A DNA stretch of 64,000 bases from an uncultured Acidobacteriota bacterium (GTDB taxonomy: Bacteria > Acidobacteriota > Vicinamibacteria > Fen-336), in NCBI GenBank assembly GCA_963720545.1, contig OY970399.1, positions 1,856,001 to 1,920,000 of the forward strand, written 5' to 3'. Under the pieces are notes generated by a model, which ran no database searches, had not been told where the DNA came from, and saw only the letters and a program-made list of their open reading frames with translations. Below are positions 10,211-19,999 of this stretch, piece after piece (within the stretch, counting starts at the first letter, position 1; every line of letters starts with the position of its first letter). Position numbers and translations under genes: made by a program.

Positions 10211-11593
10211 ATGGCAACCAGGACCAGGCTGGGAGCGGATGGCGGTGCCGAGCAGCCGCAGGGAGAGAGCTGCGTCGAGTACCGCGGCGCCGGCGCGCGC
10301 TCGCGCGCCCTCTACGAACGGGCGCTGCGGGTGATGCCGGGCGGCAACACCCGCCATTCCGTGGTGATGGCCCCCTACCCGGTTTACATCGCCAGCGGCC
10401 GCGGCTGCCGCGTGCTGGACGTGGAAGGCCAGGAGCGCATCGACTTCCTCAACAACTACACCTCGCTGATCCACGGCCACGCCGACCCGGAAACGACGCG
10501 CGCCGCGCAGGAGCGCATGGCCCTCGGCACGGCGTTCGCCGGCCCCACGGCGCTCGACGTGGAACTGGCCGAACTGCTGGCCGAGCGGCTGCCAAGCGTG
10601 GAACTGCTGCGTTTCTGCAACTCCGGCAGCGAGGCGATCCAGCTGGCGCTCAAGGCGGCGCGCGCCTTCACCGGCCGCTCGCGGTTCGCGAAGATCGAAG
10701 GCGCCTATCACGGCATGTATGACCAGGTGCAGGTGAGCGAGACGCCGCAGCCGGAGGATTGGGGGGCCGACGACCGGCCGACGAGCGTCGCCGCACCCGG
10801 CGCCGCCGCGAGCGCCGCAGCCGAGGTGCTGGTGCTGCCGTGGAACGACCTCGCCGCGTGCACCCGGCTCATCGAGGAGAACGCCGCTTCACTCGCGGCG
10901 CTGCTGGTGGACGCGCTGCCGCTCGGCATCGGCCTGGTGGCACCGGTGCCCGGCTTCCTCGAGGGCCTGCGCGCATTGAGCCGGCGCCACGGCATCCTGT
11001 TCATCGCCGACGAGGTGATGGGCTTCCGCCTCGGCTATCACGGCAGCTTCGACAGCGCCGGGATCCGCGCCGACCTCACCTGCCTCGGCAAGATCATCGG
11101 CGGCGGCTTTCCGGTGGGCGCCGTCGGCGGGCGCGCCGACGTGATGAGCGTCTTCGACCATCGCCAGCCGGGAGGCGTGGGCCATGGCGGCACCTTCAAC
11201 GGCAACCCGGTGACGATGGCGGCGGGCCTCGCGACGATGCACAAGATGACGCCCGACGCGTTCATGCGCCTGAACGGCATGGGCGACCTGCTGCGCGAGA
11301 AGACGCGTGCCCGCCTCGGCGCGCGCGGCATCGCCAACCAGGTGCTCGGCCGCGGCTCGCTGTTCTGCGTGCGGCTCGCCAGCGAAGAGCTGCGCGACTG
11401 GCGCAGCGTCAGCAATCACGTGCGCGCCGAACCGCTCTACCGCGAGGTGTGCCACGGCATGCTCGGCCGCGGCATCCTGATGTCGCAGCGCGGCATCGTC
11501 GGCTGCCTGTCGACGCCGATGGGCGAAGCCGAGCTCGACGCCTTCGTCGACGCGCTCGACGCAACCCTGCAGGCCGCGGGGCGCGGCGCGTGA
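10211..11593 (+). CDS. Class III PLP aminotransferase (GSA-aminomutase/beta-amino-acid transaminase-like)
   Basis: MPGGNTR, DFLNNYTSLIHGH, FCNSGSEA, GAYHG, FIADEVMGFR, DLTCLGKIIGGGFPVG, GGTFNGNP. Confidence 0.9.
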   Translation: MATRTRLGADGGAEQPQGESCVEYRGAGARSRALYERALRVMPGGNTRHSVVMAPYPVYIASGRGCRVLDVEGQERIDFLNNYTSLIHGHADPETTRAAQERMALGTAFAGPTALDVELAELLAERLPSVELLRFCNSGSEAIQLALKAARAFTGRSRFAKIEGAYHGMYDQVQVSETPQPEDWGADDRPTSVAAPGAAASAAAEVLVLPWNDLAACTRLIEENAASLAALLVDALPLGIGLVAPVPGFLEGLRALSRRHGILFIADEVMGFRLGYHGSFDSAGIRADLTCLGKIIGGGFPVGAVGGRADVMSVFDHRQPGGVGHGGTFNGNPVTMAAGLATMHKMTPDAFMRLNGMGDLLREKTRARLGARGIANQVLGRGSLFCVRLASEELRDWRSVSNHVRAEPLYREVCHGMLGRGILMSQRGIVGCLSTPMGEAELDAFVDALDATLQAAGRGA

Positions 11594-12996
11594 GCGGCGC
11601 GGCCGCAGCGGCCGGTCCCAGGGAGCTGCGCGGCCGCATCGGACTCGCGAGCGCGGTGTTTGCGCTCGTCGGCTACATCATCGGCGGCTCGATCTTCATC
11701 ATGCCGGGGGCGCTCTCGGCCGAGATCGGGCCGGCGCTGTTCGTCTCCTACCTGCTGGCGGCGGGCCTGACGCTCTTCATCTGCTTCGCCTCTGCGGCCA
11801 TCGGCAGCGCCTTCCCGATGAGCGGCGGCACCTACGTCGCCGTCAGCACCACGGTCTCGCCCTTCTGGGGCGCCATGGTCGTGTGGATGGGCGTGCTGAT
11901 CATCTTCACCAGCCCGCCGGCGCTCGCCTACGGCCTCGTCGACTACCTGAGCGCCTACATCCCGGTGCTCGGCGAGCACCGCTTCCTGGGCGCCATCTCT
12001 TCGGTGGTGCTGTTCACCATCGTCAACCTGTGCGGCATCCGCACCGCGGTGTGGGCGCAAGTGGTGATGGTGGTCGTCTTCATGGTGGTGCTGCTCGGCG
12101 TCGGCATCGGCGGACTCGCGCACAGCAGCGTTGCCAACTTCACGCCGCTGTTCCCGCTCGGCGCGTGGCTGGTGGTGAAGACCGCCATCCCCGCCTTCTA
12201 TTCGTTCAGTGGCTTCAGCGCCATCGTCACCTTCGGCGGCGAGATCGAGAATCCGCGGCGCAACATCCCGCGGGTGCTGCTCATCAGCTTCCCCATCATC
12301 GTCGTCACTTACCTGCTGGTGGCGCTGGCGGTGCCCGGCGTCGTGCCGTGGCGCGAGCTCAGCCACGGCAACTCCACCCTGAGCGCGGTGGCGAGCCGCT
12401 TCCTGCCGCCGTGGATCAGCACCGTGGTGGCCGCCGCCGCGGTCTGCGCCATCGCCACCACCATCAACGGCATGCTGCTTTCGAAGAGCCGCGACTTGTT
12501 CTCGCTCTCGATCGACCGGGTGCTGCCGAAGGCGTTCTCGTCGATCGGGCCGTTCGGCGAGCCGCGGGTGGCGCTGATCTTCATGTGCGCCGTCGCCATC
12601 AGCGGCATTGCGCTGCGCCGCTCATTCACCGAGTACGCGAGCATGGCGGTGCTGTGCGTGATGGTGGTGCACGTGCTGCAGGGCATCGTCATCCTGGTGC
12701 TGCCGCGGCGGTTGCCCCGCCACCATGCCGCGGCCGGCTACAAGCTGAACGAGGGCGGGCGCCTCTTCTGGGGCATCGGGCTCGTGGTGCTCGCCACCGT
12801 CTTCATCGCCGCCGGCCTGTTGGGTGACTACTACGGCGGCGTCATCTATCTCGCCGCCTGCGCGCTGGGCGCCGCCGGCTACTTCGTGCGCCGCGCCGCA
12901 CTGCGCCGGCGCGGGCTGAGCATCGAGGCCCTGCTTCTCGAACACGCGTCGAGCGTGGTGCCGCAGCCGGCCGCCGGCGCCAGCGCGAGCCGCTGA
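11590..12996 (+). CDS. APC-family amino acid/amine permease
   Basis: GYIIGGSIF, FPMSGGTY, FSGF, GGEIENPRRNIP; about 12 hydrophobic segments; GTGA overlap. Confidence 0.88.
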   Translation: MSGAAAAAGPRELRGRIGLASAVFALVGYIIGGSIFIMPGALSAEIGPALFVSYLLAAGLTLFICFASAAIGSAFPMSGGTYVAVSTTVSPFWGAMVVWMGVLIIFTSPPALAYGLVDYLSAYIPVLGEHRFLGAISSVVLFTIVNLCGIRTAVWAQVVMVVVFMVVLLGVGIGGLAHSSVANFTPLFPLGAWLVVKTAIPAFYSFSGFSAIVTFGGEIENPRRNIPRVLLISFPIIVVTYLLVALAVPGVVPWRELSHGNSTLSAVASRFLPPWISTVVAAAAVCAIATTINGMLLSKSRDLFSLSIDRVLPKAFSSIGPFGEPRVALIFMCAVAISGIALRRSFTEYASMAVLCVMVVHVLQGIVILVLPRRLPRHHAAAGYKLNEGGRLFWGIGLVVLATVFIAAGLLGDYYGGVIYLAACALGAAGYFVRRAALRRRGLSIEALLLEHASSVVPQPAAGASASR

Positions 12997-13001
12997 CGCC
13001 C

Positions 13002-14204
13002 ATGCAGCACGACACCCCGGCCGTGCTCGACGGCGTGCGCGTCCTCGATGTCGGCCGCTATCTGGCCGGGCCCTACTGCGCGAGCCTGCTCGCCAAGTTC
13101 GGCGCCGAGGTGGTGCGCGTCGAGCCGGTTGCGGGCGGCGACGACCGCCAGCTGGTGCCGCTTGGCCACGGCCTTGCCGGCGCTCTCTTCCTGCAGGCGA
13201 ACCAGGGCAAGCGCGGCATGACGCTCGAACTCGGCACCGAAGCAGGCCGTGCGATCCTGCGGCGCCTGGTCGAGCGCAGCGACGTGGTGGTCGCGAACTT
13301 GCCGCCCGCAGCACTGCGCAAGCTGGGCCTCGACTATCAGAGCCTGCGCGCGTGGCGCCAGGACATCATCCTCACACGGGTGACGGCGTACGGCGGCAGC
13401 GGCCCGCTCGCGGAGCAGGTGGGCTTCGACGGCGTGGCGCAGGCGATGTCGGGCGCGGCGCACCTCGGCGGCTTTCCCGGCGCACCGATGAAGGCGTACG
13501 TCCCGTTCGTCGACTACGGCACGGCGCTCGCCGCCGCGTGCGCCACGCTCGCCGCGCTGATGGCGCGCGCACGCACCGGCGAGGGCCAGGAAGTGGACGC
13601 GTCGCTGCTGCGCACCGCGGTGTGCTTCGCCAACGCGCCGCTCGCCGAGGAAGCGATGCTTGCCTCCGGGCGCAACGGCACCGGCAACCGCGGTCAGCTC
13701 TACGGGCCGGCCGACATCTTCGCCACGCGCGACGGCTTCGTGCTGGTGCAGGTGATCGGCGACGGCGCGTTCGCCCGCTGGGCGCGCCTCGTCGGCGAAC
13801 CGGGCCTGGCCGCCGATGCGCGCCTTGCCAACGACCAGGCGCGCGGGCAGGAGGCGGCTCTGCTCGGCGAGGTCATGGGCCGCTGGTGTGCAGCGCGCAC
13901 GAGCGCAGACGCGCTCCGCGAGCTGGCGGCGGCGCGCGTCCCCGCGGGCGAGGTGTTGTCGCCAAAGCGCTGCCTCGAGAGCGAACAGGTGGCGGCCGCC
14001 GGCGCGCTGCGCGAGGTGTCCTACCCCGGCCTGCCGCGCGTGGCGCGCATCGCCGCCTATCCTTTCGAGATGGCGCAAGGCGCGCTCGCCCAGGGCGACG
14101 AGCGGCGGCCGCCGGTCCTTGGCGAGCACACCGACGAGATCCTCGGCGAGCTCGGCTACGATCGCGCGGCGATCGGCGTGCTGCACCAGCAGGGCGTCGT
14201 CTGA
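13002..14204 (+). CDS. Family III CoA-transferase (CaiB/BaiF)
   Basis: LDGVRVLD, AGPYC, GAEVVRVE, NQGKRG, DVVVAN, FVDYGTA, PVLGEHT. Confidence 0.92.
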   Translation: MQHDTPAVLDGVRVLDVGRYLAGPYCASLLAKFGAEVVRVEPVAGGDDRQLVPLGHGLAGALFLQANQGKRGMTLELGTEAGRAILRRLVERSDVVVANLPPAALRKLGLDYQSLRAWRQDIILTRVTAYGGSGPLAEQVGFDGVAQAMSGAAHLGGFPGAPMKAYVPFVDYGTALAAACATLAALMARARTGEGQEVDASLLRTAVCFANAPLAEEAMLASGRNGTGNRGQLYGPADIFATRDGFVLVQVIGDGAFARWARLVGEPGLAADARLANDQARGQEAALLGEVMGRWCAARTSADALRELAAARVPAGEVLSPKRCLESEQVAAAGALREVSYPGLPRVARIAAYPFEMAQGALAQGDERRPPVLGEHTDEILGELGYDRAAIGVLHQQGVV

Positions 14205-14225
14205 GCCCAGGAGAGAGCGAAACGG

Positions 14226-16316
14226 ATGGCGGTCGAATTCGAGCAGTCGGGCAGCGTCGCGATCTTCGTGCTCGACAATCCGCCGGTCAACGCCTTGTCG
14301 GCGGCGGTGCGCACCGAGCTGACGGCGCTCTTCGAGAGCACTCTTGCGCGCCCTGACATCAAGGCCATCGTGCTGGCCGCGAAGGGCCGCCACTTCAGCG
14401 CCGGCGCCGACCTGCGCGAATTCGGGGCGCCGCCCCGGCCCGACGCGCCGCAGCTGCCGCACCTCATCGAACGCCTCGAGCAGTCGCCGCTGCCGGTGGT
14501 CGCGGCACTCAGTGGCACGGTCGCGGGCGGTGCCACCGAACTCGCGCTCGGCTGCCACTACCGCGTCGCCGCGAACGACCTCGCCATGAGCCTGCCCGAG
14601 GTGACCCTCGGCTTCATCCCCGGCGCCGGCGGCACCCAGCGGCTGCCGCGCCTCGCCGGGCTGTCGCTGGCGCTCGACCTCATCCTCAGCGGCCGTGCCA
14701 TCGGCGCGAGCGAAGCGGCTGGCGCCGGCATCGTCGACCTGGTGGCGGGCCGCGACGAGCTGCGGGCGCGTGCCATCGCCTTTGCGCGCAACGCCGCTGC
14801 TCAGCCGACGCGGCCCACCGGCGCGCGCCCGGCGCCGGTGGCGGACGCCGCGATGCTGGCGCAGGCCGCGGAGAAACTGCGGCGCGAGGCGCGCGGCCGG
14901 CGCGCGCCGCAGGCGGCGCTCGAGTGCATCGTGGCGACGCTCGCGATGCCGTTCGCGGCCGGGCTCGCCCACGAGCGCGAGGTGTTCAAGGAGCTGCTCG
15001 GCGGGCCGGAGTCGCGGGCGCTGCGCCACGTGTTCTTCGCCGAGCGCGACGCGCCGAAGGTCGCGGGCATCGATCCGCGCGCACCGGTGCGGCCGATTCG
15101 CACCGCGGGCGTCGTCGGCTTCGGCACCATGGGCAGCGGCATCGCCATGGCTTTCGCCAACGCCGGCATCCCGGTGCGGGTGCTGGAGGCGAACGACGCG
15201 GCCCTGCAGCGCGGTCTCGCGACCGTGCGCTCGGCCTACGACGCCGCCCACGCCAAGGGCCGCATCTCCGCGGCCGAGCGCGATGCGCGGCGCGACCTGG
15301 TGAGCGGAGTCGCCGAGTATGCCGCGTTCGCCGACGCCGACCTGGTGGTGGAAGCGGTGTTCGAGGAGATGGACGTCAAGCACACGGTGTTCCGCGACCT
15401 CGATGCGGTGTGCCGCACGGACGCGATCCTCGCGACCAACACCTCGAGCCTCGACGTCAACGCGATCGCTGCCGCCACCGCCCATCCCGGCCGGGTCCTC
15501 GGCCTGCACTTTTTCAGCCCGGCGCAGGTGATGCGCCTCGTCGAAGTGGTGCGCCCCGCGGCGGTGGACATCGAGGTGCTCGCCACGGCTATGGCGCTCG
15601 TGAAGCACCTCGGCAAGCTGGGCGTCGCCGTGGGCGTGTGCGACAGCTTCGCCGCCAACCGCTCCCTCTACGCGTATCGCCGCCAGTCCGACTTCCTGGT
15701 CGAGGAGGGCGCCTCGCCGCTGCAGGTGGACAGCGCGCTGCGCGCCTTCGGCATGCCGATGGGCCCCTTCCAGACCGGCGACATGGTGGGGCTCGACGTC
15801 AGCTGGCGCATCCGCAGGCGCCAGGCCGCGACCCGCGACCCTTCGTTGCGCTACTCGCCGATCGCGGACCGGCTCTGCGAGCTCGGCCGCTTCGGGCAGA
15901 AGACGGGAGCCGGCTGGTATCGCTATGAGAAAGGCAGCCGCGAACCGCTGCCCGACCCGCAGGTGGACGCGCTCATCGCCGCGATCAGCAACGAGCTCGG
16001 CATCGCGCGCCGCGCGGTGAGCGACGCTGAGATCGTGGAGCGCTCGTTCTTCGCCCTCGTCAACGAGTGCGCGCGCATCCTCGAGGAGGGCCTGGTGGCG
16101 CGGCCGGGCGACCTCGACGTCATCTGGATCCACGGCTACGGCTTCCCGCGCCACCGCGGCGGGCCGATGCACTGGGCGGACGGCATCGGGCTCGCGCGCA
16201 TCCTGGCCGCGGTCGAGGCCATGAACCGCGAACAGGGCGACCTGGTGAAGCCGTCGGCGCTGTTGCGCGACCTGGCGCGCACCGGACGCTCCTTCGCCGA
16301 CATCGGAGGCAAGTAA
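14226..16316 (+). CDS. Bifunctional enoyl-CoA hydratase / 3-hydroxyacyl-CoA dehydrogenase (FadB/PimF-like)
   Basis: NPPVNAL, FSAGADL, PEVTLGFIPGAGGTQRLPRL; GFGTMGSGI, EAVFE, NTSSL, HFFSPA, GPF..DMVGLD. Confidence 0.95.
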   Translation: MAVEFEQSGSVAIFVLDNPPVNALSAAVRTELTALFESTLARPDIKAIVLAAKGRHFSAGADLREFGAPPRPDAPQLPHLIERLEQSPLPVVAALSGTVAGGATELALGCHYRVAANDLAMSLPEVTLGFIPGAGGTQRLPRLAGLSLALDLILSGRAIGASEAAGAGIVDLVAGRDELRARAIAFARNAAAQPTRPTGARPAPVADAAMLAQAAEKLRREARGRRAPQAALECIVATLAMPFAAGLAHEREVFKELLGGPESRALRHVFFAERDAPKVAGIDPRAPVRPIRTAGVVGFGTMGSGIAMAFANAGIPVRVLEANDAALQRGLATVRSAYDAAHAKGRISAAERDARRDLVSGVAEYAAFADADLVVEAVFEEMDVKHTVFRDLDAVCRTDAILATNTSSLDVNAIAAATAHPGRVLGLHFFSPAQVMRLVEVVRPAAVDIEVLATAMALVKHLGKLGVAVGVCDSFAANRSLYAYRRQSDFLVEEGASPLQVDSALRAFGMPMGPFQTGDMVGLDVSWRIRRRQAATRDPSLRYSPIADRLCELGRFGQKTGAGWYRYEKGSREPLPDPQVDALIAAISNELGIARRAVSDAEIVERSFFALVNECARILEEGLVARPGDLDVIWIHGYGFPRHRGGPMHWADGIGLARILAAVEAMNREQGDLVKPSALLRDLARTGRSFADIGGK

Positions 16317-17498
16317 TTGCGCGAAGCCGCGATCGTCTCGACCGCACGCACCCCCATCGGCAAGGCAACCCGCGGAGCGTTCAACATGACGCACGGCGCC
16401 ACGCTCGGCGGGCACGTCATCAAGGCGGCCGTGGAGCGGGCCGGCGTCGATCCTGCCGAGATCGAGGACGTGGTGATGGGCTGCGCCCTGCCCGAAGGCG
16501 CCACGGGCAAGAACATCGGCCGCATGGCGGCGATGCGCGCGGGCCTGCCGGTGTCGGTCTCGGGCATGACCGTCAACCGCTTCTGCTCGTCGGGCCTGCA
16601 GGCGATTGCGATCGCCGCGCAGCGCATCGTCGTCGACCGCGCGCCGGCGATGGTCGCCGGCGGCCTCGAGTCGATCAGCCTGGTGCAGGGCGTGCGCAAC
16701 AAGGACCACGACCACGAAGAGTGGCTCATGGAGCGGATGCCGGCGTTGTGGATGCCGATGATCGAGACGGCCGACATCGTCGCCGAACGCTACGGGATCA
16801 GCCGCGAGGCGCAGGACGAGTACGCGGTGGAGAGCCAGCGGCGCACCGCCGCTGCGCAGCAGGCGGGGCGCTTCGACGACGAGATCGTGCCGCTCACCAC
16901 CACCATGCAGGTGACCGACAAGGAGAGCGGCGCCGCCAGCTTCGAGGAGGTCACGCTGCGCGCCGACGAAGGCAACCGGCCCGACACCTCCATGGCGGGG
17001 CTCGCGAAGCTGGCGCCAGTGCGCGGAGCGGGAAAGTTCATCACCGCGGGCAACGCGAGCCAGCTTTCGGACGGCGCCTCGGCGTGCGTGCTGATGGAGA
17101 AGATGCTCGCGGAGCAACGCGGGCTCCGGCCGCTCGGCATCTTCCGCGGCCTGGCGGTCGCTGGCCTCGCGCCGGACGAAATGGGCATCGGGCCGGTCTA
17201 CGCCGTGCCGCGGCTGCTGGAGCGGTTCCAGCTCACGCTCGACGACATCGGACTCTTCGAGTTGAACGAGGCGTTCGCGGTACAGGTCGTCTACTGCCGC
17301 GACCGGCTCGGCATTCCCGCGGAGAAGCTGAACGTGAACGGCGGCGCCATCGCCGTCGGCCATCCCTACGGCATGAGTGGCGCGCGCCTCGCCGGCCACG
17401 CGCTCCTCGAGGGGCGCCGGCGCAAGGTGCGCTATGTCGTCGTGACGATGTGCGTCGGCGGCGGCATGGGAGCGGCCGGCCTCTTCGAGGTCTGTTGA
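16317..17498 (+). CDS. Acetyl-CoA C-acyltransferase (thiolase)
   Basis: [52 protein letters not shown] start abutting upstream TAA. Confidence 0.95.
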   Translation: MREAAIVSTARTPIGKATRGAFNMTHGATLGGHVIKAAVERAGVDPAEIEDVVMGCALPEGATGKNIGRMAAMRAGLPVSVSGMTVNRFCSSGLQAIAIAAQRIVVDRAPAMVAGGLESISLVQGVRNKDHDHEEWLMERMPALWMPMIETADIVAERYGISREAQDEYAVESQRRTAAAQQAGRFDDEIVPLTTTMQVTDKESGAASFEEVTLRADEGNRPDTSMAGLAKLAPVRGAGKFITAGNASQLSDGASACVLMEKMLAEQRGLRPLGIFRGLAVAGLAPDEMGIGPVYAVPRLLERFQLTLDDIGLFELNEAFAVQVVYCRDRLGIPAEKLNVNGGAIAVGHPYGMSGARLAGHALLEGRRRKVRYVVVTMCVGGGMGAAGLFEVC

Positions 17499-17502
17499 CC
17501 GC

Positions 17503-18375
17503 ATGCCCGTGCCCTCTTCCGCGGTCGGCATGCTCTTCGGTCCGGTCACGAACGAAGTGACCGCGCGCATGACGCTCGCGTACGCCGCCGCCGTGGGCGA
17601 ATTCGGCCCGCGCACCTTCGACGACGCCGGGGCGGTGCCGCTGATGGCGCCGCCGGCGTTTTGCGTGCGGCTCGAGTGGGCTGGCATCCTCGACGAGCGC
17701 GCCCGGCAGTTGTCGCTCGCTCCCGAAGAAGCGCGCCAGGCGGTGCACGTTGTGCAGGACTCGTTCTTTCACCGCCCGATCTGGCCGGGCGACATCCTCA
17801 CGACCCGCGGCCGGATCGTTGCGGTGCGCGCCACGCGCGCCGGCGCCCTCGTCACGACCCTGATCGAAACCACGGATGCCCGCAACGGCGCTCCGGTGGC
17901 GGCCTCGTGGCACGGCTCGATCTACCGCGACGTCGCGGTGAGCGGCGGCGACCGTATCGCTCTCGAGGCGCCCGGTTTTCCGCCGCCGGTTGAAGCGCTC
18001 ACCCGAGCCGCCACCGTGGCGATCCCGGTGGACCGCGCCGCCGCGCACGTCTACACGGAGTGCGCGGCCATCTGGAACCCGATCCACTCGCAGCAAAGCG
18101 CCGCGCGCGCTGCCGGGCTGCCCGGCATCATCCTGCACGGCACGGCGACCTGGGCCATGGCGGGCCGCGAACTGGTGCGCGCCTATGCCGACGGCGATCC
18201 GTCGCGCCTGCGCCGCCTGCGCGCCCGCTTCCGCGCGCCGGTGGTGCCGGGCACGACCCTCACGCTGGCGCACGGCGCCGCGCGTCCCGGCGACGTGCAC
18301 TTCACCGTGGCCACTGCGAACGCCGATGGCGCGCTCGCCCTCACCGACGGCTATGCCCACTTCGCCGTGAGCTAG
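17503..18375 (+). CDS. Double hot-dog MaoC-like (R)-enoyl-CoA hydratase family protein
   Basis: N-terminal MaoC-like half plus WNPIH..AARAAGLPGIILHG and RFRAPVVPG. Confidence 0.78.
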   Translation: MPVPSSAVGMLFGPVTNEVTARMTLAYAAAVGEFGPRTFDDAGAVPLMAPPAFCVRLEWAGILDERARQLSLAPEEARQAVHVVQDSFFHRPIWPGDILTTRGRIVAVRATRAGALVTTLIETTDARNGAPVAASWHGSIYRDVAVSGGDRIALEAPGFPPPVEALTRAATVAIPVDRAAAHVYTECAAIWNPIHSQQSAARAAGLPGIILHGTATWAMAGRELVRAYADGDPSRLRRLRARFRAPVVPGTTLTLAHGAARPGDVHFTVATANADGALALTDGYAHFAVS

Positions 18376-18387
18376 GAAGAGAGCACA

Positions 18388-19980
18388 ATGCCCGCCCCCA
18401 CCGCGCTCCCGGTCCCGCTCCTGCATCCCTTCGTCGGCCTCGACGTGCCCTGGCTGCTGCGCGAGCGCGCCCGCACCCACGGCGAGCGTCCCTACCTCGT
18501 CTGGGAGCCGTTCGCGGGCGAGGGCCTCACCCTGACCTACGCGCAGTTCCACGCCCGCGTCGAGCGCTTCGCCGCCGGTCTCCTGGCGCGCGGCATCGGC
18601 AAGGGCGATTTTTTCCTCATCCACCTCGGCAACTGCGCCGAGTTCCTGGTCGCGTGGCACGCGTGCTCGCGGATCGGCGCCGTGGTCGTCACCACCAACA
18701 CCCGCTCCTCCGCCGAAGAGCTTGCGTACTACGCCGCCGACTGCGGCGCCGTCGCGGCGCTCACGCAGCCGGCCTTCGTCGACCTCGTCGCCCGCTGCGC
18801 GCCGGCCTTGCGCTTCATCGCGGCAACCGAAAAGGACCAGGGCGCCGAACCCGCCCCGTTCACCACACCGGACGTCGTGCCGTTCGCGGCGATCGACGGC
18901 GATGCGGCGGCGCTGCCGCAGGGCGCGCACGATCCGCTGCAGTTCAACAGCGTGCAGTACACCTCGGGCACCACCGCGCGGCCGAAGGGCGTCGTGTGGA
19001 CGCACGCGAACGTGCTGTGGGGCGCGCGCATGACCGCGAGCCTGCTGCGCCTGACTCCACAGGACGTTGGCCTCGTGTTCTTTCCGCTGTTCCACACCAA
19101 TGCGCTCCTTTATTCCTCGCTCGGCAGCCTCTGGGCCGGCGGCTCGATCGTGGTGATGCCGCGCTACTCGGCGAGCCGCTTCTGGGAGCGGGCGCTGCGG
19201 CATCGCTGCACCTGGGCTTGCAGCTCGCCGTTCATGCTGAAGACGCTCGCGAAGCATCCGGTGCCGGAGCGGCACTTCTTCCGCTTCTGGGGCTCGGGCA
19301 CCACCGACCCGCCGCTTTGCAACGACTTGTTCCGCGTCCAGGGCCTCGGTTGGTTCGGCATGACCGAGACCATCAGCTTCCCGCTCATCGGCCACCTCGA
19401 CCTGCCGAATCGCCCGCTCGGCATGGGCGCGCCGGCGCCCGGCTACGAAGTGGCGGTGCGGCGCGACGACGGCAGCCCGGTGGCGAACGGCGAGACCGGC
19501 GGATTGTGGGTCCGCGGGGTTCCCGGACTGTCGCTGTTCCACGAGTACCTCAACAATCCGCAGGCGACGGCGGCGGCATTCGACGCCGAGGGCTGGATGG
19601 ACACCGGCGACCTGGCGACGCCGTTCGCCGATGGCCACCTGCGCTTCGAGGGCCGCGGCAAGGACATGCTGCGCGTTGGCGCCGAGAACGTGGCGGCGGC
19701 GGAGATCGAGCGCGTGATCGCGAAAGTCGCCGGCGTCTTCGAGGTGGCGGTGGTGGCGAAGCCGCACGAGTTCCTGAGCGAGGTGCCCGCCGCGTTCGTG
19801 ATACCGTCCGGCGACACCGCCGGGCTGGCCGAGCGCATCCTGCAGGCGTGCCGGGAACAGCTCGCCGACTTCAAGGTGCCACACGAAGTGCTCTGCGTGG
19901 CGGAGTTCCCGCGCTCAACGCTCAACAAGGTGTCGAAGAAGGACCTGCGCGCGCTGCTGACCGCGCGGCCGGCAAGATGA
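18388..19980 (+). CDS. Acyl-CoA ligase (CaiC/crotonobetaine-carnitine CoA ligase-like)
   Basis: YTSGTTARPKG, PLFHTNA, FGMTET, GWMDTGD, GRGKDML, FKVP. Confidence 0.9.
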   Translation: MPAPTALPVPLLHPFVGLDVPWLLRERARTHGERPYLVWEPFAGEGLTLTYAQFHARVERFAAGLLARGIGKGDFFLIHLGNCAEFLVAWHACSRIGAVVVTTNTRSSAEELAYYAADCGAVAALTQPAFVDLVARCAPALRFIAATEKDQGAEPAPFTTPDVVPFAAIDGDAAALPQGAHDPLQFNSVQYTSGTTARPKGVVWTHANVLWGARMTASLLRLTPQDVGLVFFPLFHTNALLYSSLGSLWAGGSIVVMPRYSASRFWERALRHRCTWACSSPFMLKTLAKHPVPERHFFRFWGSGTTDPPLCNDLFRVQGLGWFGMTETISFPLIGHLDLPNRPLGMGAPAPGYEVAVRRDDGSPVANGETGGLWVRGVPGLSLFHEYLNNPQATAAAFDAEGWMDTGDLATPFADGHLRFEGRGKDMLRVGAENVAAAEIERVIAKVAGVFEVAVVAKPHEFLSEVPAAFVIPSGDTAGLAERILQACREQLADFKVPHEVLCVAEFPRSTLNKVSKKDLRALLTARPAR

Positions 19981-19999
19981 CAACCAAAGGGGCAACGCA

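Noticed and set aside
10211..11593. hemL
   Set aside because: Lacks the GGVNSPVR signature and has a catabolic rather than tetrapyrrole context.
12879..17687. 1602-aa minus-strand ORF
   Set aside because: Antisense shadow of well-supported plus-strand genes; Arg/Ala-rich with no motifs, as expected in high-GC DNA.
13002..19980. Carnitine (cai) operon or biosynthetic gene cluster
   Set aside because: No CaiA/CaiT equivalents and no carrier protein, PKS or NRPS domains; only family-level similarity.
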